From the NCBI RefSeq assembly GCF_000737315.1, contig NZ_JMCB01000004.1, positions 62,001-126,000 on the forward strand: 64,000 nucleotides of DNA, given 5' to 3'. Positions 39,577 to 47,808 of this stretch are shown one piece after another; the first letter of the stretch is position 1, and every line of letters starts with the position of its first letter. Under the pieces are notes generated by a model. It saw only the letters and a list, made by a program, of their open reading frames with translations. It did no database searches and was not told the origin of the DNA. This DNA comes from Hyalangium minutum. GTDB taxonomy: Bacteria; Myxococcota; Myxococcia; Myxococcales; Myxococcaceae. The position numbers and the translations under genes were made by a program.

Positions 39577-40655
39577 CGGTATACCCGCCCGCTGTGAAGC
39601 GTGCTCTGAAGCTCGTGGCCAGTGTGCTGGTCACCCTGCTGTTTACCTGGTGGGCGTTCCGGGAGACCGACTGGAGGGCCCAGTGGGCCAGCCTGCGCTC
39701 GGCCAACTATCTCTACGTGGTGCCGTACTTCGGCATCCTCACGTTGATCCACATCTGCCGCACGGTGCGGTGGGGGTGCCTGCTGTCGGGCATCCAGAAG
39801 GTGCCGTTCCGGCCGCTCAACGAGGCCTCGGGCATCGGCTTCATGATGTTGCTCGTGCTGCCGTTCCGCCTGGGCGAGTTCGCCCGGCCCTTCCTCATCG
39901 CCCAGCGCAGCTCCATCCGCCGCAGCGCGGCGATGACATCCGTGGTGCTGGAGCGCATCACGGACGGGCTCCTGGTGGCCACGCTGCTGCGCGTGCTGCT
40001 CTTCTTCATCCCCGAGGAGACGGCGCAGGTGCGCTACGTGAAGCTGGGCTCCACGCTGATGTTCGCCGTGTTCGGCGGTGGGCTGGCGTTCCTGCTCTTC
40101 GCACGTTGGCAGCATGACCGCGCGGTGCACCTGGTGCGCATCACGGTGGGGCGGGTGTCGCCAGGACTGGCCCACAAGATGGCGGACGTCGTCGACGGCT
40201 TCGTGGGGGCGATGCGCCAGCTTCCGGGGCCGGGGCAGCTCGCGCTCTTCTTCGCCCTTACCCTGACGTACTGGGGGCTGAACGGCGCGGGCATGGCGCT
40301 GGTGGCGCGGGCCTTCGGCTGCGTGGGCGTCACCGACGCCGCGTGCCAGCCCATGAGCCTGACGCTCTTCCAGGGCTACGTGGTGATGACGGTGCTGGTG
40401 GTGGGGCTGATGATCCCGGCGGCGCCCGGGATGATGGGCACCTTCCAGGCGGCGACCAAGGTGGGCCTCGGCCTCTTCTTGCCCGCCACGGTGGTGAACG
40501 CGAGCGGGCTGGCCTACGCGAACGTGGTGTGGCTGTGCCAGACGGTGCAGCAGGTGGGCTTCGGCCTGCTCCTGCTGTCCCTGGGGCACCTGTCCTTCAA
40601 GGACATCGCCAACAAGCTGGACAAGGAAGGCGAGGCCTCGGCGCCCATGGCGTGA
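39573..40655 (+). CDS. Lysylphosphatidylglycerol synthase TM-domain (UPF0104) membrane protein
   Basis: RTVRWG, LPFRLGEFAR, SVVLERITD, IPAAPGMMGTF; multiple TMs. Confidence 0.88.
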   Translation: MTVYPPAVKRALKLVASVLVTLLFTWWAFRETDWRAQWASLRSANYLYVVPYFGILTLIHICRTVRWGCLLSGIQKVPFRPLNEASGIGFMMLLVLPFRLGEFARPFLIAQRSSIRRSAAMTSVVLERITDGLLVATLLRVLLFFIPEETAQVRYVKLGSTLMFAVFGGGLAFLLFARWQHDRAVHLVRITVGRVSPGLAHKMADVVDGFVGAMRQLPGPGQLALFFALTLTYWGLNGAGMALVARAFGCVGVTDAACQPMSLTLFQGYVVMTVLVVGLMIPAAPGMMGTFQAATKVGLGLFLPATVVNASGLAYANVVWLCQTVQQVGFGLLLLSLGHLSFKDIANKLDKEGEASAPMA

Positions 40656-40679
40656 GGCCCGCCGCTTCCGGGCTCGGGA

Positions 40680-40844
40680 CTACAGCTCCTCGTTGAGCCA
40701 GCGGATGATGGCGCCCTTGATGGAGGAGGCGGCCTCCTTGCGTGGCGCGGGCTGCGAGGGACGCGTGTTCTGCAGCTCCCGGAGGAAATCCACGGGCAGC
40801 GCGTCGCGGATGTGGCGCGTGTCCTGCACGGTGGCCGTCGTCAC
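40680..40844 (-). CDS. Small 54-aa protein, not in the ORF track
   Basis: GTG overlaps the RHH stop (GTGA); MTTATVQDTRHIRDALPVDFLRELQNTRPSQPAPRKEAASSIKGAIIRWLNEEL; GC-rich third positions. Confidence 0.7.
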   Translation of the reverse strand: MTTATVQDTRHIRDALPVDFLRELQNTRPSQPAPRKEAASSIKGAIIRWLNEEL

Positions 40845-41077
40845 GGCGTGCCCCCGCGGCCGTACTTGGAGAGCAGATCCTCCACCGCCTCGCGGAGGTA
40901 CTCGCTCTGGGCGATGCGCGAGCGCCGGGACAGCTCGCGGAGCTTCTGCACCTGCTCTTCGGCGACGAGGACGTGGGTGGATACGACTTCGGCCTCGGGA
41001 CCGGCGCGGCGCTCGCCGGTGTCGACCGGAGCCGACACGGTGTCGGCGCTCAACGGGCTGATGTTGCCATCCTGCAT
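40841..41077 (-). CDS. Ribbon-helix-helix protein (CdbA/CdbB-like family)
   Basis: AGGAGG then ATG 41077; VVSTHVLVAEEQVQKLRELSRRSRIAQSEYLREAVEDLLSKY. Confidence 0.85.
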   Translation of the reverse strand: MQDGNISPLSADTVSAPVDTGERRAGPEAEVVSTHVLVAEEQVQKLRELSRRSRIAQSEYLREAVEDLLSKYGRGGTP

Positions 41078-41157
41078 CGGGGGCCTCCTGCCTGACGGGC
41101 TGCTACAGGCCGCTACTGGCCTGTGGGGAGGCATTAGGAGGTCGCCAGGGCCTTCCG

Positions 41158-42090
41158 TCAAAAAAAGTACCCACGGCTGTGTGCCAGCCACCGCCAACCC
41201 AGCAGCACGGGCACGGCGAGCAGTCCGAGCAGCAGCCCCGTGCGCAGAGGCGTCGAGTGACGCCAGGGGGCGCTCAGGGCGGCGGAGGGGGTGGGCGCGA
41301 GCGGCTGGCTCGAGGCGGGTGCGGCCGGGCGGAGCGGACGCCGGATCAGGGTGCTCAGGAGCCGAGGGCGCGGGGCCGCGCCGTTGACGTAGACCTCGCG
41401 CTTGGGATGGCGGGCGCTCCGGACGATGGCGCGGGCAATGCGATCGGCGGCGTAGAGGGGCTCGAGCGGCTTCACGCGCTTGTGGGTGGCGGAGGCGCCC
41501 TGGTGGAGGAGCGGCGTGGTGAGCGTCGCGGGGAGCACGGTGACGACGCGGACGAGAGCGTCCCGGCCCTCTTGGCGCAGCGTCTCGGAGAGCCCGCGCA
41601 GGGCGTACTTCGAAGTCGCATAGGCGTTCTGGTACGGCGCGCCCAGGGTGCCGAAGACGGAGGAGACATTGATCAGCACGCCGTGGCCCTGCTGGTGGAA
41701 AGTGGGCAGGGCGGCGCGAGCCCCCTGGAGGTAGCCGACGAGGTGCGTCTCGACGCGCTGGCGGAAGGCGTCGGGCGGCGTGTCCTGGAGGCCGACGAAG
41801 AGGGACTCCTCCGCGTTGTTCACCCAGACGTCGATGCGCTGGAAGGCCCCCGCCGCGAGCTGTGCGAGCTCATGCGAGGAGGCCTCGTCCGTGACGTCGG
41901 CGGGGAGCACCAGGGTCCGCGCGCCCAGCCGCTCACATTCGGAGGCCAGCTGGCGCAGCGCGGACTCGCTGCGCGCGGTGAGGACCACGGTGGCGCCCTT
42001 GCGGGCGAACCGAAGCGCCGTGGCTCGGCCAATGGCGCTGGAAGCTCCTGTGATGACGACGACCGACTCGCGCAGTTTTGTGGCGCCCAT
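41158..42090 (-). CDS. SDR family oxidoreductase with C-terminal hydrophobic tail
   Basis: ITGASSAIG, IDVWVNNA, YATSK. Confidence 0.9.
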   Translation of the reverse strand: MGATKLRESVVVITGASSAIGRATALRFARKGATVVLTARSESALRQLASECERLGARTLVLPADVTDEASSHELAQLAAGAFQRIDVWVNNAEESLFVGLQDTPPDAFRQRVETHLVGYLQGARAALPTFHQQGHGVLINVSSVFGTLGAPYQNAYATSKYALRGLSETLRQEGRDALVRVVTVLPATLTTPLLHQGASATHKRVKPLEPLYAADRIARAIVRSARHPKREVYVNGAAPRPRLLSTLIRRPLRPAAPASSQPLAPTPSAALSAPWRHSTPLRTGLLLGLLAVPVLLGWRWLAHSRGYFF

Positions 42091-42192
42091 ACCCCTCCCG
42101 TGCTTGGCCTCCTCAAAATGGCCCTCTCCGCGGGTTCAGCGAGGCAGGAGGGGTGGAATGAGGGCTCTCCCGGTGCCCTGGAGGGCAGCCGG

Positions 42193-42423
42193 TCAAGCGA
42201 TGATGTCCGGCTTGCCGGGGGGCTGGTCGGGGACCGGCGGATCCTGAATCCCAGGAACGGGCTTGCCCGGCTCGGGCCCCCGAGGCGGCGGATCCTTCTC
42301 TGGAGGCTGTTTGGCGGGAGGGTCTCCTTCGGGTGCTTTCTCGGGAGGAGGCTCTCGCTGAGGAACTTCGGGGATGGGCTCCTTCACGGGCGCTTTCGGC
42401 GGTGGCGGAATCTCGACAGGCAT
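42193..42423 (-). CDS. Small Pro-rich protein (76 aa, ~30 Pro)
   Basis: GAGGGA RBS before ATG; repeated (D/E/Q)PP units; fills the intergenic gap. Confidence 0.55.
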   Translation of the reverse strand: MPVEIPPPPKAPVKEPIPEVPQREPPPEKAPEGDPPAKQPPEKDPPPRGPEPGKPVPGIQDPPVPDQPPGKPDIIA

Positions 42424-42635
42424 GGTCCCTCATCAGCACGGGCGAGCGCTCGGGCGTGAGGCCCACGCCTCGCCCTGGGTTCGAGCCTTCAAGGTGTCCA
42501 TCCCGCGAGGCCGGTGCAGTGGGACTGTCGCCGGGTCAACGCGAGGCAGACGGTGAAGGAGTTCCTTGCTCGGTTGCTGCTCAGGGGCAGCGTCGCCTTC
42601 ACGTTGAGGAGGCGAACACAAAGGGAGGCCAGGTG

Positions 42636-43829
42636 ATGACCAGAGCACGGTGGGTACTCGGCGGCGCGGGGCTCGGAGCGGCGGTGATGTACTGGGCGGA
42701 TCCACGCAGCGGGAGGGCCCGCCGGGCGCACGTCCGGGAGAAGGCGTGGCACCTGATGCTGAGCGTGGGGGATGCGTTGGAGGTGGTGGGGCGGGACATG
42801 GCGCACCGGGCGCGAGGGCTCGCGTTCAAGCTGCGCAGCCGGTTCCACGAGGAGGACGTGGACGACGTGACGCTGGAGGCGCGCGTGCGCTCGGCGCTCG
42901 GGCGGGTGTGCTCGCATCCGGGGTCGATCCAGGTCTCCTGCCGGCAAGGGCGGGTGGAGCTGAAGGGGCTGGTGCTGGCCAGCGAGGTGAAGCAGGTGCT
43001 CGCGCAGGTCCGCCATGTGCGCGGGGTCCAGGAGATCGACGATGACCTGGAGCCGCATCCGGAGGCGGGGAACCATCCGAAGCTTCAAGGGGGCATCGAG
43101 CGCCCGGGGGTGCGGCCGGAGTTGATGCAGCGGAGCTGGTCTCCGTCGGCGCGGTTCCTGGTGGGGCTGGGGAGCCTGGGGCTGCTGGCGTATGGGCTCT
43201 CGAGTCGAGGCGTGGTGCGGTGGGGGCTGGGCGGGGTGAGCTTGCTGCTGGGAGTGCGCAGCGTGACGAACGTGGAACTGCGGCGGCTGACGGGGGTGGG
43301 GGTAGGGCCGCAGGCGCTGACGCTTCATAAGGACATCACCGTGAGCGCGCCGGTGAATGAGGTGTTCGCGTTCTGGCAGGCCATGCACAACTTCCCGCGC
43401 TTCATGCGGCACGTGGAGGAGGTGCGGCTGCACAAAGAGGGCCGCTCGAGCTGGAAGGTGCGCGGGCCGGCGGGCATTCTCTTCGAGTGGGACGCGGTGA
43501 CGACACGTATCGAGCCCGGGAAGCTGCTCGAGTGGAAGAGCGTGGAGGGGGCGATGGTGGAGAACGCGGGCTGCATCCGCTTCGAAGATGTGGGGAACGG
43601 GCGGACGCGGCTGGACATCCGGCTGTCGTACAACCCACCGGCGGGAGCCATCGGGCACGCGTTCGCGCGGCTGCTGGGGGCGGATCCGAAGAGGCAGATG
43701 GACGATGATCTGCTGCGCTTCAAGTCGCTGATGGAGCTGGGCAAGACGACAGGGCACGAGACGGTGCGGCGGGACGAGCTCGTGCCAGGGCGTGGGGTGG
43801 AGAACTGGGTCTACTCGGAGCGGGGCTGA
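42636..43829 (+). CDS. BON + SRPBCC (polyketide cyclase-like) domain protein
   Basis: GGGAGG RBS; DDVTLEARVRSALG (BON); ITVSAPVNEVFAFW...FPRFM...EWDAV (SRPBCC). Confidence 0.87.
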   Translation: MTRARWVLGGAGLGAAVMYWADPRSGRARRAHVREKAWHLMLSVGDALEVVGRDMAHRARGLAFKLRSRFHEEDVDDVTLEARVRSALGRVCSHPGSIQVSCRQGRVELKGLVLASEVKQVLAQVRHVRGVQEIDDDLEPHPEAGNHPKLQGGIERPGVRPELMQRSWSPSARFLVGLGSLGLLAYGLSSRGVVRWGLGGVSLLLGVRSVTNVELRRLTGVGVGPQALTLHKDITVSAPVNEVFAFWQAMHNFPRFMRHVEEVRLHKEGRSSWKVRGPAGILFEWDAVTTRIEPGKLLEWKSVEGAMVENAGCIRFEDVGNGRTRLDIRLSYNPPAGAIGHAFARLLGADPKRQMDDDLLRFKSLMELGKTTGHETVRRDELVPGRGVENWVYSERG

Positions 43830-43912
43830 GCGGTGGCAGGGTTGCCTGCTCGGTTCGGGTGGATCCGGACGGGGCTGCTTGTTAGGCACAGAACTTCACC
43901 CAAGGAGTAGCT

Positions 43913-44404
43913 GTGTTCCGACTCGAGACAGATCGGGCCCTCATCGAGGCCTTTCGCCCGCGGGATCGCCGGGTGATCGAGATGCCCGAGAACGTGATGT
44001 TCCCGCTCTTCGTGCGCGACTACCTGGCGTGGACGGAGACGTCGGGGGCACGGGTGTACCTGGTGTTCGCCGCGCCGGTCAGCCGCAAGCCGATTGGCAT
44101 CATCTTCCGGAGGGAGTCGCAGGACAGTGGGGTGGGCACGTCACGCATCTGCGAGTGGTGCCACAGCTACGGCTCGTCGAGCGAGGTGGGGCTGTTGACC
44201 ACGGACGTGAACAGCAAGCGCCGGGTGGGGGTGCACCTCTGCCTGGACCTGCGGTGCAAGGAGAAGCTGGAGGACGCGGCGGATCGGGCCGGGCGGCATC
44301 CGATCGAGATCCTCAAGCAGCTCCAGGAGCGCATGTTCCGCTTCGCGCACGAGGCGCTCGGCATCGAGGCCCAGCCCACGTCAGATCGGGCTGTCGTTCC
44401 GTAG
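43913..44404 (+). CDS. FBP/FusB C-terminal treble-clef zinc-finger protein
   Basis: AAGGAG RBS, GTG start; DYLAW, ICEWCH, GVHLCLDLRC. Confidence 0.8.
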   Translation: MFRLETDRALIEAFRPRDRRVIEMPENVMFPLFVRDYLAWTETSGARVYLVFAAPVSRKPIGIIFRRESQDSGVGTSRICEWCHSYGSSSEVGLLTTDVNSKRRVGVHLCLDLRCKEKLEDAADRAGRHPIEILKQLQERMFRFAHEALGIEAQPTSDRAVVP

Positions 44405-44451
44405 GAAGCGAGCGGGAGACCCATGAGGTAGGGTAGGGTGCTGAGGAGCGG

Positions 44452-45975
44452 ATGTCCGCCCTGCACTGGAGCCCACCCATGGGGAAGCGAGAGCCCTTGC
44501 TGGAAGAGAACCCGCGCTGCTTGCCAGTGGGGATGCAGGTGGGCCCGTGGCGGGTAGTGGGCTTCGGAGGGCTGGGGGCCTACGGCACCACGTATCAGGT
44601 GGAGCGGGTGGGGCGCGAAGACGAGGGACCGTTCGCGCTCAAGCTGGCGGTGTACCCGGGAGATGAGCGCTTCGAGCGCGAGGCGAAGCTGCTCTCGCGC
44701 ATCCGCAGCCCGTTCGTTCCGCGGCTCCATGATCAGGGCGTGTGGGAGTTCGCTTCGGGCCGCCATCCCTATCTCGTCATGGACTGGATCGACGGCGAGC
44801 CGCTGTATGAGTGGGCCGCGCGGCGAAACCCCTCGCAGCGGCAGGTGCTGGGACTGGTGGCGCAGGTAGCGCGAGCCCTGGCGGACACGCATGCGGCCGG
44901 GGGCCTTCACCGGGATGTGAAGGGCGCGAACGTGCTGGTGAGGCGCGCGGACGGTCAGGCGATCCTCACGGACTTTGGCGCGGGGGACTACCGGGGAGCG
45001 GAGACGTTGACGTCGAAGCTGTTGCCCCCGGGGACGCCGGCCTACCGCAGCCCCGAGGCGTGGGCATTCCTGAGTGCATTCCGGCGGCACCCCACCGTGC
45101 ACTACCCGGCCAGCACGTGCGACGACCTGTTTGCCTTGGGAGTGATGGCGTACCGGCTGGTGACGGACCAGTACCCGCCGTTGACGAACCCGTCGGTGCC
45201 CGGCTCGGAGGTGTGGCGAGAGGGAGGGGGTGGGCCGCGTCCGCCGAGTGCGCTCAATCCGCAGGTGGGCTCTGAGCTGGACAGGCTGATTCTCCGGCTG
45301 TTGGCGGTGGCTCCCGAGGAGCGATTTCAAGGTGTGGCGCAGGAGGCCGCCCAGGCAGCGGAGCGGGCCCGAGAGAGCATTCCCCCCGAGAGAGACACGC
45401 CGTTGTTCCGCTGGAGCTTGGGGCGTGGCCCGGGCTGGCGGTCACCGGAGGCGGTGAAGTGGGCAGAGGAGCGGGAGGCAGAGAGAGCGGAGCTCGCGCG
45501 GCGGAGGGCGGAGGAACGGGTTCGGGCCGCAAGTGCTGCGGTGCAGGTCCGCCCTGTCGAGTTCACGTGGACATGGGGTGTGGAGGGCGCAGCTGCGGCG
45601 GTGGCGGTGCTCCTCCTGCTCATGGTGGGCGCGGCGCTGAACCGTGCCCACGAGTTGCTCGAGGGCGTGGCTGCGGAGGGGGCGGCTGTGGCGGTGGGGG
45701 ATCGCCGACTCCACGTGCCTTGCGAGACGTGCGCTCGGAAGGAGCGGGAAGAGAGCACTGCCACCGTGACCCAGCCGCTGCCCGAGAAGCCGCTGCCAGG
45801 GCAGCGCAAGCCACCGTGCAACAAGAACGGACAGACGGAACTCAGGGGTGGGTGTTGGTACCGGCTCAACGATGCCAAGCCCCCCTGCGCAGAGGACAAC
45901 TACGTGTGGCAGGGAGCCTGTTACGCGCCGGTGCCCGCTTCCACGCGGCCCCAGCCCGCAGCGGATCCGCCGTAG
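44452..45975 (+). CDS. Myxobacterial Ser/Thr protein kinase with TM and Cys-containing C-terminal domain
   Basis: GLGAYG, FALKLA, HRDVKGAN, DFG, GTPAYRSPE; C-terminal PLPGQRKPPC...GGCW...PPC...GACY. Confidence 0.9.
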   Translation: MSALHWSPPMGKREPLLEENPRCLPVGMQVGPWRVVGFGGLGAYGTTYQVERVGREDEGPFALKLAVYPGDERFEREAKLLSRIRSPFVPRLHDQGVWEFASGRHPYLVMDWIDGEPLYEWAARRNPSQRQVLGLVAQVARALADTHAAGGLHRDVKGANVLVRRADGQAILTDFGAGDYRGAETLTSKLLPPGTPAYRSPEAWAFLSAFRRHPTVHYPASTCDDLFALGVMAYRLVTDQYPPLTNPSVPGSEVWREGGGGPRPPSALNPQVGSELDRLILRLLAVAPEERFQGVAQEAAQAAERARESIPPERDTPLFRWSLGRGPGWRSPEAVKWAEEREAERAELARRRAEERVRAASAAVQVRPVEFTWTWGVEGAAAAVAVLLLLMVGAALNRAHELLEGVAAEGAAVAVGDRRLHVPCETCARKEREESTATVTQPLPEKPLPGQRKPPCNKNGQTELRGGCWYRLNDAKPPCAEDNYVWQGACYAPVPASTRPQPAADPP

Positions 45976-45986
45976 CCGCCAGGAAT

Positions 45987-46132
45987 CTCACGCTGCGGAG
46001 GGAGCACCATATAAAGGTGGGAGTCAGTGGGGGCCTCTCCTCCGCAGGAGGGCCCTGGTTGGTCGTCACAGCTGACCAGTCAGCTGTGGCGAACGCCGAC
46101 TCCCCGCTGAGTGGTGACCGGAACGCAGCGAG
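45987..46132. ncRNA. Candidate structured RNA or miniature repeat element, family unknown
   Basis: Nested stems: CGCTGCG/CGCAGCG, CACC-ATATAAA-GGTG, GGGAGTC/GACTCCC, GGGCC-T-CTCCT/AGGAG-GGCCC, CACAGCTGAC/GTCAGCTGTG. Confidence 0.35.
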
Positions 46133-46147
46133 TCGCAAGGGTCGGAC

Positions 46148-46191
46148 AAAGAAAAGCCCCGGAATCACTCAAGAAAGTGACTCCGGGGCTT
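46148..46191 (-). terminator. Intrinsic terminator directly after the tRNA
   Basis: AAGCCCCGGAGTCACT-loop-AGTGATTCCGGGGCTT followed by TTCTTT on the minus strand. Confidence 0.88.
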
Positions 46192-46192
46192 G

Positions 46193-46266
46193 TGGCCAGG
46201 GTCGGACTTGAACCGACTACCTGCGGATTATGAGACCGCCGCTCTAACCAGATGAGCTACCTGGCC
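46193..46266 (-). tRNA. tRNA with CAU anticodon, non-initiator (Ile2 or elongator Met); CCA not encoded
   Basis: GGCCAGG acceptor / CCTGGCC-A; D arm GCTC...TGGTTAGAGC; loop CT-CAT-AA; T arm GTCGG-TTCAAGT-CCGAC. Confidence 0.95.
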
Positions 46267-46281
46267 GTGATGTGGGCGCCC

Positions 46282-46310
46282 TTACTACTGCTCCTGCATG
46301 CGCCATGCAA
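46282..46310 (-). promoter_or_regulatory. sigma70-type promoter of the tRNA with GC-rich discriminator
   Basis: TTGCAT-N17-TAGTAA then GGGCGCCC, 15 nt before the mature 5' end. Confidence 0.7.
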
Positions 46311-46548
46311 CTGGTACGGACTGCGTACCGGGTGGAGCCCTGAAACCGGCTCCACGGGCGGCTCTATACCACACGGTTTTCCGGGGGCAACGAGAAGGAT
46401 GCGCTCTCGCAGCGTGCCCTGTTCAAGAGGTCTCCTATCGCCTCCCGGCCCAGGTCCCGGCGTCCAAGCCAGTGCAGCATGCACGGCTCCGAGATCGAGC
46501 GGCTGGCCCGTGGTGAGCATTGGCGAGGGAGTGCGCCCTTCCATACGC

Positions 46549-47466
46549 TCACTGAGCCATCGTCTCATCCCAGAAAAGGGGCTGGCATGAGTAGGGCTTG
46601 TCCTCCCAACGGCGGCTACAGTGATAGCCGTCTCCGCATACATCGGGGGCATGAGGATCGCAGTCTGGCATGCAGTGATAGCCGTCGCAGACCTTCCCAG
46701 CGCCGCAGGGCGGCAAGCCATCGCCACACTCCTCGACACACTCCATCCACACCTTGCCTGGATGCGGAGGGGCGTAGTCCACTTTGCATTGGCGACCATC
46801 AGGGCAGGGAGTCTGCTGGCACTGGGGGCCATACACCTGCGCGCACACGGAAACACCTTCACTGAACTGGATGCACTGCTGACCCGAGGGGCATCCGCGA
46901 GTCATGCACGTAGGCAGGCAGGCGAACTGGGGAACGGTGTCGGCGCAGAAGAAGCCCTCGGGACAGCCCTTGTTGTCGTCCATGCGGCAAGGTCGGGCAC
47001 ACCACTCCTCTTCACGGCCGCTGCACAGCCATTCAGGAGCGCAGGCATTCGCTTTGTCCCATGGAAGCGTGACGCAGCCGTCCCCTTCCTGGCGCGGACC
47101 CACGGGGACACAGCGGCGAACCTGGGGTCCGTCTCCCCAGGTGGCAATGCGGCGACAGACCTCGCCTTCCAGGCACTGCTCATCCGTCAGGCACTCGCTG
47201 TCAATGCAGGTGGTCCGTGGGTAGCGGTAATCGGAAAAGCAGCCCAGCGGCGGCTCACACTTCTCCTGGCCCGGACCACAGGGCCGCCCGTACGTCGTCA
47301 AGCGCATACGCTGGTCGTGGGTGAGGATGGGGCTGGCGCGCACCCCAGGGGGCGCATCCGTCGGCACCTCTGGCTTCAGCAGCCCCCACAGCAGCACCAG
47401 CAGGGGCAGAGGCAGCAGCACTCCCACGAAGACAGCTACCCACTTGCGCCAGCTCCTCGTCCGCAC
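46549..47466 (-). CDS. Membrane-anchored Cys-rich protein (~32 Cys)
   Basis: GTG directly follows the upstream TAG; N-terminal TM; repeated C-x(4-5)-C units. Confidence 0.75.
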   Translation of the reverse strand: MRTRSWRKWVAVFVGVLLPLPLLVLLWGLLKPEVPTDAPPGVRASPILTHDQRMRLTTYGRPCGPGQEKCEPPLGCFSDYRYPRTTCIDSECLTDEQCLEGEVCRRIATWGDGPQVRRCVPVGPRQEGDGCVTLPWDKANACAPEWLCSGREEEWCARPCRMDDNKGCPEGFFCADTVPQFACLPTCMTRGCPSGQQCIQFSEGVSVCAQVYGPQCQQTPCPDGRQCKVDYAPPHPGKVWMECVEECGDGLPPCGAGKVCDGYHCMPDCDPHAPDVCGDGYHCSRRWEDKPYSCQPLFWDETMAQ

Positions 47467-47688
47467 CTACGGCGGCCCTCCGCACTCAAGACACTCCTTC
47501 GAGTGCTCCTTGCCACGCGCGCAGACCCGCTTGCGTTCCTGGTCCGCGCATCTCCTGATGATGATGACCTGTTCCTGCGCGTCCTTGTGGGCAGCCTTGG
47601 CAATGCGGCCGTCCTTGCCGAATTCAGAGGGGCAGCCGGTTGTTGCCATGACTGAAAGTACGAGCACTCCCGCCCGGAGCCAACCCAT
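47467..47688 (-). CDS. Small Cys-containing lipoprotein (73 aa)
   Basis: Lipobox TTG-C; four further Cys; abuts the Cys-rich gene. Confidence 0.65.
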   Translation of the reverse strand: MGWLRAGVLVLSVMATTGCPSEFGKDGRIAKAAHKDAQEQVIIIRRCADQERKRVCARGKEHSKECLECGGPP

Positions 47689-47808
47689 GAGTCCCTCCCG
47701 TGAAGGACCCTCGACGCTACCAGCGCGGATCCCGTTGCGTCCACGTTGCGGGCAGGGAGGTGGTGCCCAACGTGTCGCGATGAGCCCGCAGGTTGCGTGT
47801 GCGACTTC

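Noticed and set aside
42433-42501. 22-codon ORF MDTLKARTQGEAWASRPSARPC upstream of the Pro-rich gene
   Set aside because: Too short, with no motif or coding signal I can support.
46138-46207. 10-bp direct repeat AGGGTCGGAC (46138 and 46198) as a tRNA att-site remnant
   Set aside because: Short, lacks the acceptor end, no integrase or phage gene in the window; may be chance.
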